A DNA stretch of 64,000 nucleotides from Deltaproteobacteria bacterium (GTDB lineage Bacteria > Myxococcota > Kuafuiibacteriia > Kuafuiibacteriales > Kuafuiibacteriaceae), in assembly GCA_040218735.1 (NCBI GenBank), contig JAVJQW010000018.1:128001-192000 (forward strand), read 5' to 3'. Made by a program: the position numbers and the translations under genes. Below the pieces are notes generated by a model. It was given only the letters and a program-made list of their open reading frames with translations, was not told where the DNA came from and made no database searches. Of the stretch, positions 20,666-30,682 are shown piece by piece (position 1 is the stretch's first letter; each line of letters opens with the position of its first letter).

Positions 20666-22366
20666 ATGGACGCGGAACGCTACGCCCGAGTGAAGGCGGT
20701 CTTCCTCGACGTCACGGCGCTCGAGCTCGACGAGCGGCCCGCGTTCCTCGAGCAGGTGTGCGGGAGCGACGCCGAGCTGCGCAAAGAGGTCGAGTCGTTG
20801 CTGGCGCACTCGAGCGCGGGGCCGGTTCTGGAGACGCTCGAGCGTCGCCCGACGCCCCTCCCGACGCGTGGATTCGGGAAGGCGCTCGAGCCGGGCGACG
20901 TCGTCAGCGACTACGTCGTCGAGGCGCAGATCGGCGCGGGGACATTCGGAGCGGTGTACCGCGGCGTGCACCGGATCATCGAGAAGCGCGCGGCGATCAA
21001 GGTGCTGAGCGAGCACTACTCGTCCGACCCGCAGATCGTGTCGCGGTTCGTGTCGGAGGCGCGCGCGGTCAACAAGATCGACCACAGTGGCATCATCGAC
21101 ATCTTCGCGTTCGGCCAGCTCGAAGACGGCCGGCACTACCACATCATGGAGCTCGTCGACGGGCCGACGCTCGCCGAGCTCATCGCGGAGAACGGGCGCT
21201 TCACGGTGGACGAGACGCTCGAGCTGCTCGACCCGATCGCACGCGCGCTCGACGCCGCGGGGGCGGCGGGCGTCGCGCACCGCGACCTCAAACCTTCGAA
21301 CGTGCTCGTGCCGAAGGACGAGGCCGGGCGGTGGAGCGCGAAGCTGCTGGACTTCGGCGTCGCGAAGCTCCTCGACGAAGACCACCCGCGTTGGCACCAC
21401 ACGGACACGGGCGTGACGATGGGGACACCTTCGTACATGGCGCCCGAGCAGTGCACGGGCGCGCAGGTCGATCACCGCGCCGACATCTACGCGTTCGGTG
21501 TCGTCGTGTTCCAGATGCTCACCGGCCAGCTGCCGTTCCCCGCGCCGAACGCGTTCATGGTGATGGCGCGGCAGGTGAACGACCCCGCGCCGTCGCCGCA
21601 CACGGTGGAGCCGTCCGTCTCGGAGGCGGTCGGGCGTGTCGTGCAGTGGATGTTGGCGAAGGCCCCCGACCAGCGCCCGGCCTCCCTCGCCGAGGCCATG
21701 ACGGCGCTCGCCGACGCCTCGCGTGGGAGCCCGGTCGACGTCCCGTTCCTCGAGCTCGCCGGCACCTCGGACCGGGTCGCGCGGGACGCGGTGACGGCGG
21801 ATCTTCGACCGCCGACGTTGCCGTTGGAGACCATGGAGTCGGCGCCGCCACCGCCGACGAAGAAACGTCCGCTCGCGCTGTGGGGCGGGGTGGCGTTGGC
21901 GGTGCTCGCCGTCGCGCTCGTCGCGATGGTCCAAAGCAGCGTGCGGGACGAACCCGAGGACGACGCAGCGGAGCGCGCCGCGGTGGTGGAGGCGCCGGCG
22001 GTCGAGGCGCCGTCGGTCGAAGCGCCCCCTGCGGTCGCAGAACGAATTGCGGCGACGCCAGAGTCCGTCGAAGCCGCTGCGCCGTCGACGGTGCGTATCG
22101 AGCTCGTCCAGATCCCCGCCAACGCGCGCGTGGAGGCCGACGGTGTCCTACTGCGGCGAGGCCCGGGGCCCGTGGAGGTGTCGCGGTCCGACGCCCCCGC
22201 GTCGTGGACCGTGCGCGCTCCGGGCCACGCGACGAAGACCGTGCGCGTGGATCTCAGCGAGGACCGCGAGGTGACGGTTCGGTTGCGACGTCGAAAGAAG
22301 GCGCCGCAGCCCGACGCGCCGGACCTCGACGATCTCGAACCGTGGGAAGCGGCGAAGGAGGACTGA
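20666..22366 (+). CDS. Membrane-anchored Ser/Thr protein kinase with PEGA-like C-terminus
   Basis: GAGTFG, AAIK, HRDLKPSN, DFG and APE motifs; one TM helix. Confidence 0.95.
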   Translation: MDAERYARVKAVFLDVTALELDERPAFLEQVCGSDAELRKEVESLLAHSSAGPVLETLERRPTPLPTRGFGKALEPGDVVSDYVVEAQIGAGTFGAVYRGVHRIIEKRAAIKVLSEHYSSDPQIVSRFVSEARAVNKIDHSGIIDIFAFGQLEDGRHYHIMELVDGPTLAELIAENGRFTVDETLELLDPIARALDAAGAAGVAHRDLKPSNVLVPKDEAGRWSAKLLDFGVAKLLDEDHPRWHHTDTGVTMGTPSYMAPEQCTGAQVDHRADIYAFGVVVFQMLTGQLPFPAPNAFMVMARQVNDPAPSPHTVEPSVSEAVGRVVQWMLAKAPDQRPASLAEAMTALADASRGSPVDVPFLELAGTSDRVARDAVTADLRPPTLPLETMESAPPPPTKKRPLALWGGVALAVLAVALVAMVQSSVRDEPEDDAAERAAVVEAPAVEAPSVEAPPAVAERIAATPESVEAAAPSTVRIELVQIPANARVEADGVLLRRGPGPVEVSRSDAPASWTVRAPGHATKTVRVDLSEDREVTVRLRRRKKAPQPDAPDLDDLEPWEAAKED

Positions 22367-22369
22367 TCG

Positions 22370-23482
22370 ATGTCGGTGGTCGTGTTGATGATCGTCCTCG
22401 CTGCGTCGCCGGCGGATCGCGCGCGGGAGCTCTACCGCGCGGGGAGTGAGGCCTATCGGCAGGGGCAGTACGACGTCGCGGTGAATGCGTTCGAGGAGGT
22501 GCTCGCGATCGAACGTCGTCCTTCCGTGCTCTTCTCCGCGGCGCAGGCGCATCGCCTCCAGTACTTCGTCGATCAGGAGGACGTACATCTCGAGCGCGCC
22601 GTCGAGCTGTATCGCGCGTACCTCGACGCGTCGCCCAAGGGCTCGCGGCGCAGCCACGCCGTGCAGCACCTCGCGACTCTCGCGCCGATGCTCGAGCGCA
22701 ACGCCACGGACGCGCCCGCGGAGGTCGTCGCCGAGCCTCAGGCCCGGATCATCGTCGCCGCCAACGTGGAGGCCGCAACCGCGCGTATCGACGACGGGGA
22801 GCCGACGCCGATCCCGGCGGGGTTCATCGTGTCGCCGGGTGAGCACGTGGTGCGCGTCGAAGCACCCGGCTTCGTCGCGCAGACGCTGGAGACCGTCGCG
22901 GTCGAGGACGGCGTCGTGGCGCTCAACCCCGTCCTCGAGCCCACGCCCGGGCACGTCACGGTGCGCGCCCCCGAGGGATCCCGGGTCGATGTCGACGGGC
23001 GCGTCATCGGCCGCGCGCCGCTCGCCGAGCCGCTCGCGTTGGCGCCGGGGGAGCACGTGGTCGCCGTGGTGGAGTCGGGGCACGAGCCGTACGTGCGCCT
23101 GTTGAAGGTCGACCGCGGCGCGAGCACCGAAGTGGAGGCCGAGCTGTCGGTGGCGCCGATGCGCATCGGGGCGTGGGTCGCGGCCGGGGCCTCAGCGGTG
23201 GCGCTCACGGCCGGCGCGATCACCATGCGCGCGGCGTTTGCGGCGCAGGCCGACGCGAGCGCCTACGACGAAAAACGCCTGGGGCCGGGGCTGACCTTCG
23301 CCGAGCTCGTGGCGTACGACGCCGCCCAGAGCTCGCGGGACGACTTCGTGCGTGCGACGATCGGGCTCGGCGTGGCCGGTGTGCTCGCGGCGGCGACCGC
23401 GGCGCTCCTGTGGCTCGCGGATGACCCCGAACCGGCCGCGCTCCTGACGCCGGGGCCGTCCTCGATGGCCATCTCCTGGTAG
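22370..23482 (+). CDS. TPR + PEGA domain protein
   Basis: N-terminal TPR, two PEGA-like repeats, C-terminal hydrophobic segments. Confidence 0.88.
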   Translation: MSVVVLMIVLAASPADRARELYRAGSEAYRQGQYDVAVNAFEEVLAIERRPSVLFSAAQAHRLQYFVDQEDVHLERAVELYRAYLDASPKGSRRSHAVQHLATLAPMLERNATDAPAEVVAEPQARIIVAANVEAATARIDDGEPTPIPAGFIVSPGEHVVRVEAPGFVAQTLETVAVEDGVVALNPVLEPTPGHVTVRAPEGSRVDVDGRVIGRAPLAEPLALAPGEHVVAVVESGHEPYVRLLKVDRGASTEVEAELSVAPMRIGAWVAAGASAVALTAGAITMRAAFAAQADASAYDEKRLGPGLTFAELVAYDAAQSSRDDFVRATIGLGVAGVLAAATAALLWLADDPEPAALLTPGPSSMAISW

Positions 23483-23538
23483 GCGGAGCTTTTTTTTCTG
23501 CGGGTTTCGTCGCCGTACGACGCGTGGGTTCTCGGGTG

Positions 23539-26148
23539 ATGCGTAAGTGGTGGTTCGTCGCGCTCGTCGCGCTGGTGGGGTGCAAGGACTTCGAGCCCGT
23601 CGTCGAGGGCTATTGCGGCAACGGCGTCGTCGAGCCCTTCGCCAACGAGTACTGCGACGTGATCCCGAGGGACGCTGGACAAGGCGCCCCGGTGGTCGGC
23701 GACGCACCGAGGTGCGGGGCACCCGGGACCGCCCTGGCGTGTCAGTTCGTGTGCACCGAGGTCGGCGACACGTGTCCACCCCGCTGGGCCTGCGGCCGCG
23801 ACGGGATCTGCCGGGCGCCATCGGGCCAGTTCGAGTTGCTGACGACCGCGGCCATCCCGGGCGCTCAGATCCGCGTCGCCGATGTCGATGGAGATGGCTA
23901 CGATGACGTCCTCGGTGCTGCGTCGATCGAGCTCACTATCGGCTACGGCGCCCGGTTCGCGCCGCTGTTGAGGCTCACGACGGCGCCCGTCGCGCAGGTG
24001 GACAGCGAAGTGTCGCTGCTCGACCTGGACGCCGATCGCCGCGCCGACCTGGTCGTGCCGTCGACGCTGGGCGTACAGATGTTTCGCGGGACACGTTCAC
24101 ACCGCGTGACCCCGGTGGCCGTGCCGTTCGCCGAGGCGCCGGCCCCGCGGACCCGGGTGTTCTCGGTGCAGGCGGACGCCGCCTCGGACTCCCCCGTCGT
24201 GCTCCTCGCCTACGACGAAGGCGGGCTCGGGTTCTCGGTGCTCGGGCGCGAGACGCAAAACGCGACCGTCACGATCTCGGGCAACTTGCTCGAAGAGCTC
24301 TCCGTCGTCTCGTTCGATCCCACGCAGTCGACGCAGGAGCTCGCGGTGGCGGGCCTCGGTGATCGTCGTGTTCACGTCATCGGGGTGCGGTGTGAGAACG
24401 ACGCATCGTGCGACATGACGCTCGTGCAGTCCGTCGACATCGAGGGTCGGACGGCGGGCCCTGGCGGGACGTGGGTCGCGGACGTCGACGGCGACGGGGA
24501 CACGGAGCTGCTCGTCACCGTGAACACGATGAACCCGATGACGCAGATGCCGGACGTCGGTCTCGCGGTCGCAGAGCGCACCCCCAACGGACGCTTCGGC
24601 CCGCTGCGGATGCGCCCCGAGCTCGGGAGGGCGGCGCGCTGCACGGGGTGTGGTGCGGCGATCCGGAACGAAGCGGCGCTGGTGAAGGTCGACGATCTCG
24701 ACGGCGACGGGCGCGCGGACTTCGTGAACCGGACCGCCGTGTTCTTCGGGACGGACATGGGGCTCGTGCGTCCGCAGGACGTCGTCGATCGTCCTTGGCG
24801 CGCGCTGACGGTCGCCGACTTCAACCACGACGGTCTGATCGATATCGCAGCGACCCAGCCGAACGCGGTCGACATCGTGCTCGCGACCACGCCTCGGCGC
24901 TTCAACGTGTTGCCGGCTCCCGTCGTCGTGGGCGCCGTAGCCATCGTCGCGGGCGACTTCGACGGCGACCTGCGTCCGGACTTGGCGGTCATCGAGGGGC
25001 GCGAGACCGTGTCGATCTTGTTCGGGGGCCGCCAGGGCTTCCCGTCGGAACGGGTCATGATGGTCGAGGCGCCGAACATCGCGAGCATCACCCGTGTGCG
25101 ACTCGAAGGCGACGACATCGATGATCTCGTGGCGACGATGTCGCAGCGGGACGGACCCGATCTGCTCTTCCGCTTGGAGGGGAATGGCACCCAGAGCATG
25201 CCGTCCGTGATCGAAAAGATCGGTTCGGTGCTCACCGCGGTCGTCGCGGGGCGTTTCATCAGGAGGGACACCGGAACATCGACCCTCGCGGCGCCGCTCG
25301 ATGTCGTGACGCTGGAGCCGTCGGGCATGGGCGAACCGGGCATGGGGCCGCGCCGAAGCGCGCGCGTGTACAGCTGGAGCGGCGCGTTCGGCGCGAGCGT
25401 GATGACGGTGCACGAGCCCGCCGAGCCCGCCGACTGTCAGCTCCCGTCGGGGGGCTTCCTCCAGGCGGCGGCCGCGGATCTCGATGGCGACGGGTTCGAC
25501 GAGCTCATCGTGCAGAAGGTCTGGGGGCCGGACATCAACGAGCTCGCGGGACAGAACTACGCCTTCGGCGTCTACGGGCTCGGCGGCGACGAGCTCGAGT
25601 GCCGGCAGAACCTCGTGCTGCCCGCAGACGTCGCCCCGACGATGATGCGCGTCGGCGACTTCGACCAAGACGGGGCGCTCGACGTCGCGGTCGCGCTCGA
25701 CGCGGGCGCGTTGACGGCGGGGGTGGCGCGCCCGATGGGTCTCTCGTCCGAGGTCGCGATCCGCTGGGGTGACGGCGCGGGTGGCTTCGAGTCGCAGCTG
25801 GACAAGATCGCCATCGGATCTCCCTCGACGGCGCCCTTGGGCATCGGGGTCGCGAACGTCGACATCGACGCCGCGGACGAGATCACGTTCGTCGATGACT
25901 CCGGCGTGCGGTACATCGACTTCGAGGGGCGCGTCGCCAAGGTCAAGGACGCGTACGCGCGCATGTTGGAGCGCCCGGACGCGATCGGCCTGCCGTCCCT
26001 CGGCTACCGGAACGTCGCGGCCGGCGATGTGGACGGCGACGGCCTCCAGGACCTCGTCGTGTCCACCACCGAAGAAGTGTTCCTCTACAAGGGCGTGGCG
26101 TGCTCGGCACGTGACACCGAGACGGACATCTGTCGCATCGATCGCTGA
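23539..26148 (+). CDS. FG-GAP/VCBS repeat lipoprotein
   Basis: Lipobox LVGC, Cys-rich 'CGNGVVE' N-terminus, many D(V/L/F)DGDG..D motifs. Confidence 0.9.
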   Translation: MRKWWFVALVALVGCKDFEPVVEGYCGNGVVEPFANEYCDVIPRDAGQGAPVVGDAPRCGAPGTALACQFVCTEVGDTCPPRWACGRDGICRAPSGQFELLTTAAIPGAQIRVADVDGDGYDDVLGAASIELTIGYGARFAPLLRLTTAPVAQVDSEVSLLDLDADRRADLVVPSTLGVQMFRGTRSHRVTPVAVPFAEAPAPRTRVFSVQADAASDSPVVLLAYDEGGLGFSVLGRETQNATVTISGNLLEELSVVSFDPTQSTQELAVAGLGDRRVHVIGVRCENDASCDMTLVQSVDIEGRTAGPGGTWVADVDGDGDTELLVTVNTMNPMTQMPDVGLAVAERTPNGRFGPLRMRPELGRAARCTGCGAAIRNEAALVKVDDLDGDGRADFVNRTAVFFGTDMGLVRPQDVVDRPWRALTVADFNHDGLIDIAATQPNAVDIVLATTPRRFNVLPAPVVVGAVAIVAGDFDGDLRPDLAVIEGRETVSILFGGRQGFPSERVMMVEAPNIASITRVRLEGDDIDDLVATMSQRDGPDLLFRLEGNGTQSMPSVIEKIGSVLTAVVAGRFIRRDTGTSTLAAPLDVVTLEPSGMGEPGMGPRRSARVYSWSGAFGASVMTVHEPAEPADCQLPSGGFLQAAAADLDGDGFDELIVQKVWGPDINELAGQNYAFGVYGLGGDELECRQNLVLPADVAPTMMRVGDFDQDGALDVAVALDAGALTAGVARPMGLSSEVAIRWGDGAGGFESQLDKIAIGSPSTAPLGIGVANVDIDAADEITFVDDSGVRYIDFEGRVAKVKDAYARMLERPDAIGLPSLGYRNVAAGDVDGDGLQDLVVSTTEEVFLYKGVACSARDTETDICRIDR

Positions 26149-26192
26149 ATGCACGTGCCTCGCCGGACCGGGCTTGGTAGCCTTCGGTCGTC

Positions 26193-27035
26193 GTGTCGAA
26201 GGTGTTTCGGGCCGGGCCGTTCAACATCGGCGCCCACCTCGATCCCCTCCCGCGCGGCGAGGGGCTCGCGACCGAGCACCTCGCGGCGGACGGCGCGCTC
26301 CGTGCTGCGGTGTCCGCCTACGAGCTGACGCTGGCGCCCACCGCGGCGATGCAGTGGCGCGCGACCGTCCTGGACGCCAAGGCCGGCCAAATGAGGGAGA
26401 CCTTCGCTGCGGCGCCCGACGCCTCGGTGACCGGAATCCACCCGGGTGACGCGTCGCACTTCGCGGACGTCGCGAAGCAGTCGGGGCACTTCATCATCGT
26501 GCGCGACTCGAATCCGGCGTCGCTCGCGTACCGCAAGGATCCCGACGCGCTCCCGAAGCCGATGGAGCTCAAGGCCAAGACCGCGCGCACCGGTCCTCAC
26601 GCCGGGTTGGTGGTGTGCGCGCCCGACGACTATCCGACCGCGTCGGCCCACGCCGCCGCCGTCGCGAAGCTCGAAGGGCTCGGCTTCACGATCGGCGATG
26701 CGGAGGACGGTCACCTCGTTCGCGACGCCGCCGGACACTGCTTTCACGCCGACTACGATCTCCACGGCCTCTACGAGGGCGTGCTCCCCGAACACCTGAC
26801 GACCGAGCGGCTCATGTACGCGCTCAATCGCCGGTTCGGGAAGGCGATGATCCAACACCCGCCGCACGACCGTTGGTGCGACCGCAACGTCCCCGGCCCG
26901 AACCAGGGCCCGCGTCCCCCCGCCGTCGCGTTCCTCACCGACGGTACCGCCGTGCACCTCGAGACGGTCGACGACATCCACACGTTCTACGAGATCGCGC
27001 GCGTCGATTGGGACGCGCTCTATCCGGACGCGTGA
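26193..27035 (+). CDS. Putative class II (CyaA/edema factor/ExoY-like) nucleotidyl cyclase domain protein
   Basis: 'GIHPGDASHFADVAK...IIVRDSN', 'KPMELKAKTARTGPHAGLV', 'ADYDLHG' and 'IQH' match the order and spacing of edema factor motifs. Confidence 0.72.
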   Translation: MSKVFRAGPFNIGAHLDPLPRGEGLATEHLAADGALRAAVSAYELTLAPTAAMQWRATVLDAKAGQMRETFAAAPDASVTGIHPGDASHFADVAKQSGHFIIVRDSNPASLAYRKDPDALPKPMELKAKTARTGPHAGLVVCAPDDYPTASAHAAAVAKLEGLGFTIGDAEDGHLVRDAAGHCFHADYDLHGLYEGVLPEHLTTERLMYALNRRFGKAMIQHPPHDRWCDRNVPGPNQGPRPPAVAFLTDGTAVHLETVDDIHTFYEIARVDWDALYPDA

Positions 27036-27036
27036 C

Positions 27037-27765
27037 GTGGTCGGCGGCGCGTTCACCGCGAAGGCGCGTCGGCGCCTCCTCGACGAACACACGCAGGCGC
27101 GCGTTCGCCTGATCGACGCCGAGCCGAAGGACGCCGCGCGACACGAAGCCGAGCTCGATCGCCTCGAGCACCAGTACGACGCCGGGCTGCCGCTCCTCAG
27201 CGTGTCGTGCTGCCCCTTCGACCGGCTCCCGGTGAAGCGGCCGTTCGACCACCTCGGCCTCGACGGTCTGTGGTGGCACCCGGATCGCCCGCGCCCCGAA
27301 GGCCCCGACGTGTGTCGGCACTTCGTCGCGGCCACGGGGGCGCTGACGTTGGGCGCCGGGGAAGCGCCGCCGCACCCGGTGTTCGCGGCGGCGGCGGCGC
27401 CGTTCGTTTCACCTTCGTTGCTGGAGCACGACGGCGTGGTCGCGGTGATCGCGACGCGCCCGATCGAGCCCACGCACGCGGCGCACCTCGTCACGTACTT
27501 CGCGGAGGATCCGTCCGCGATCGCGGCCGCGATGCGCCCGCCGGAGATCGGCCGTCGCGTGCGCCACTACCTCGACGCCGAAGGCCGCCCGGCGTGGCGC
27601 GGCCTCGACGAGGGCGTCGACTTCGATCTCGATGTCTGGGTGGAGCGGGGAAAGCTGCGTTTCTGCCGGCAGCTCGATCCGATCGCGCGGCTCTTCTCGG
27701 AGGGGACGAAGTCACCGTACGCGGCCGCCGAGCCCGAAGCGCGGCGGCCGGTCCGGTGGGGTTGA
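27037..27765 (+). CDS. Hypothetical protein, candidate immunity/partner of the cyclase
   Basis: Starts one base after the cyclase stop; motif 'SCCPF...D.LGLDGLWW'; no signal peptide. Confidence 0.7.
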   Translation: MVGGAFTAKARRRLLDEHTQARVRLIDAEPKDAARHEAELDRLEHQYDAGLPLLSVSCCPFDRLPVKRPFDHLGLDGLWWHPDRPRPEGPDVCRHFVAATGALTLGAGEAPPHPVFAAAAAPFVSPSLLEHDGVVAVIATRPIEPTHAAHLVTYFAEDPSAIAAAMRPPEIGRRVRHYLDAEGRPAWRGLDEGVDFDLDVWVERGKLRFCRQLDPIARLFSEGTKSPYAAAEPEARRPVRWG

Positions 27766-27766
27766 C

Positions 27767-29539
<1,773 letters not shown>

Positions 29540-29562
29540 AGGCGGGTCGTTCTCCAGATAGA

Positions 29563-29578
29563 TTGACTAATCAGTCAA
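29563..29578. promoter_or_regulatory. Palindromic operator TTGACT-N4-AGTCAA upstream of the acyl-CoA dehydrogenase (TetR-type)
   Basis: Perfect AT-rich inverted repeat about 24 nt upstream of the ATG. Confidence 0.65.
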
Positions 29579-29637
29579 CGTCAGGGTGCCGAGGGATGAC
29601 GCGCCCAGTCAATCCCGCTTTTTGTGCGCGTGCCGAA

Positions 29638-30603
29638 TCAGTCGTCACCCCCGCCATAACCCCCACTCGCCGAGATCTGGGACGGGTCGACCTTGTCGAG
29701 GTCGAACGCCTCCGCCTTCGACATCATCTTGTCCATCGCGTCGTCGAAATCCATCGACGCCTTCGGGGAGCGCACCGGGTTCAGGCGCGCGACGACGAAC
29801 GTCTTCAGATACGGCGACGAAAAGCCCTTGTCCTTGAGCGCCTTCACGAGCCGCGCGACCTCGTCGTCGACCTCGAGGATGCGCGCCGCCCGTGCCTCCC
29901 GCGTCGCGATCGCCTCCGACAGCGGGGCGTCGAGGAACGACTCCACCTTCTTGAGGATCGACTGGTACGCCGAGCCCGAGAACCGCGCCTTCCTTTCGTA
30001 CGCCGCGCCGACCGTCAGATAGAACGGCTCCTCCAGCTCGACCGCGTACGTCGACTCCGGATCGTCACCGAGGTCCGCGAGCGCGCGCACCATGCGGATG
30101 CACTCCAGCGACCGGTCCTTGAGGTTCGGCGCCTTCTCCGTGTTGAGCGCGAGGATCTGGAACGCGAGCTCCGGCTCCACGACCACGATCGACAGGATCG
30201 AGCGCGCCCCGATGCGCTTCATCGCCTCCAGGCGGTGGTGCCCGTTCGGCGTGAGGTACTGCTCGCCCTCGCGCACCGTGATGATCGGATCGAGGAACCG
30301 ATCGATGCGATCGATCACCCCGTGCAGCTTCTTCACGTGCGTGTCGGACAGGTCGCGCTGGAATGCGATCGGCGCGACCTTGTCGAGCGGCAGCGCCGCG
30401 AGCACCTGCCAGTGTCCGCCGAGCGGGTCGCGGTACGTCGCAACCGCCGCGCCGCCGTCCTCGGCGACCTGTGCGGCGAGCGCCGACACCGCCTCCGGAA
30501 CCTCCTCCCCCGAGACGACCTCGGGCGCCTCGAGTCCGCGGGACGCGGGCTTTGCCTTGGTGCGCCGCGTCTTCTTCTTCGTCGTGGTCTTCTTCGTGGC
30601 CAA
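29638..30603 (-). CDS. ParB/Srx N-terminal domain protein (no adjacent parA)
   Basis: 'FQRDLS', 'FLDPII', 'TPNGHHRL'. TTG start at 30603 inferred. Confidence 0.85.
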   Translation of the reverse strand: MATKKTTTKKKTRRTKAKPASRGLEAPEVVSGEEVPEAVSALAAQVAEDGGAAVATYRDPLGGHWQVLAALPLDKVAPIAFQRDLSDTHVKKLHGVIDRIDRFLDPIITVREGEQYLTPNGHHRLEAMKRIGARSILSIVVVEPELAFQILALNTEKAPNLKDRSLECIRMVRALADLGDDPESTYAVELEEPFYLTVGAAYERKARFSGSAYQSILKKVESFLDAPLSEAIATREARAARILEVDDEVARLVKALKDKGFSSPYLKTFVVARLNPVRSPKASMDFDDAMDKMMSKAEAFDLDKVDPSQISASGGYGGGDD

Positions 30604-30682
30604 GGCGGCTAGCCTACTGAGGACTCGGCCGGCGTGGAATGGAATGTTCGGCGGGCCCCTCGTGTAGAATCTGAAGACCACG

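Noticed and set aside
23483-23503. T-rich tract after the PEGA gene as an intrinsic terminator
   Set aside because: No convincing GC stem precedes the T run.
29638-30603. ParB as evidence of a plasmid, prophage or origin
   Set aside because: No parA, parS, rep or phage genes nearby.
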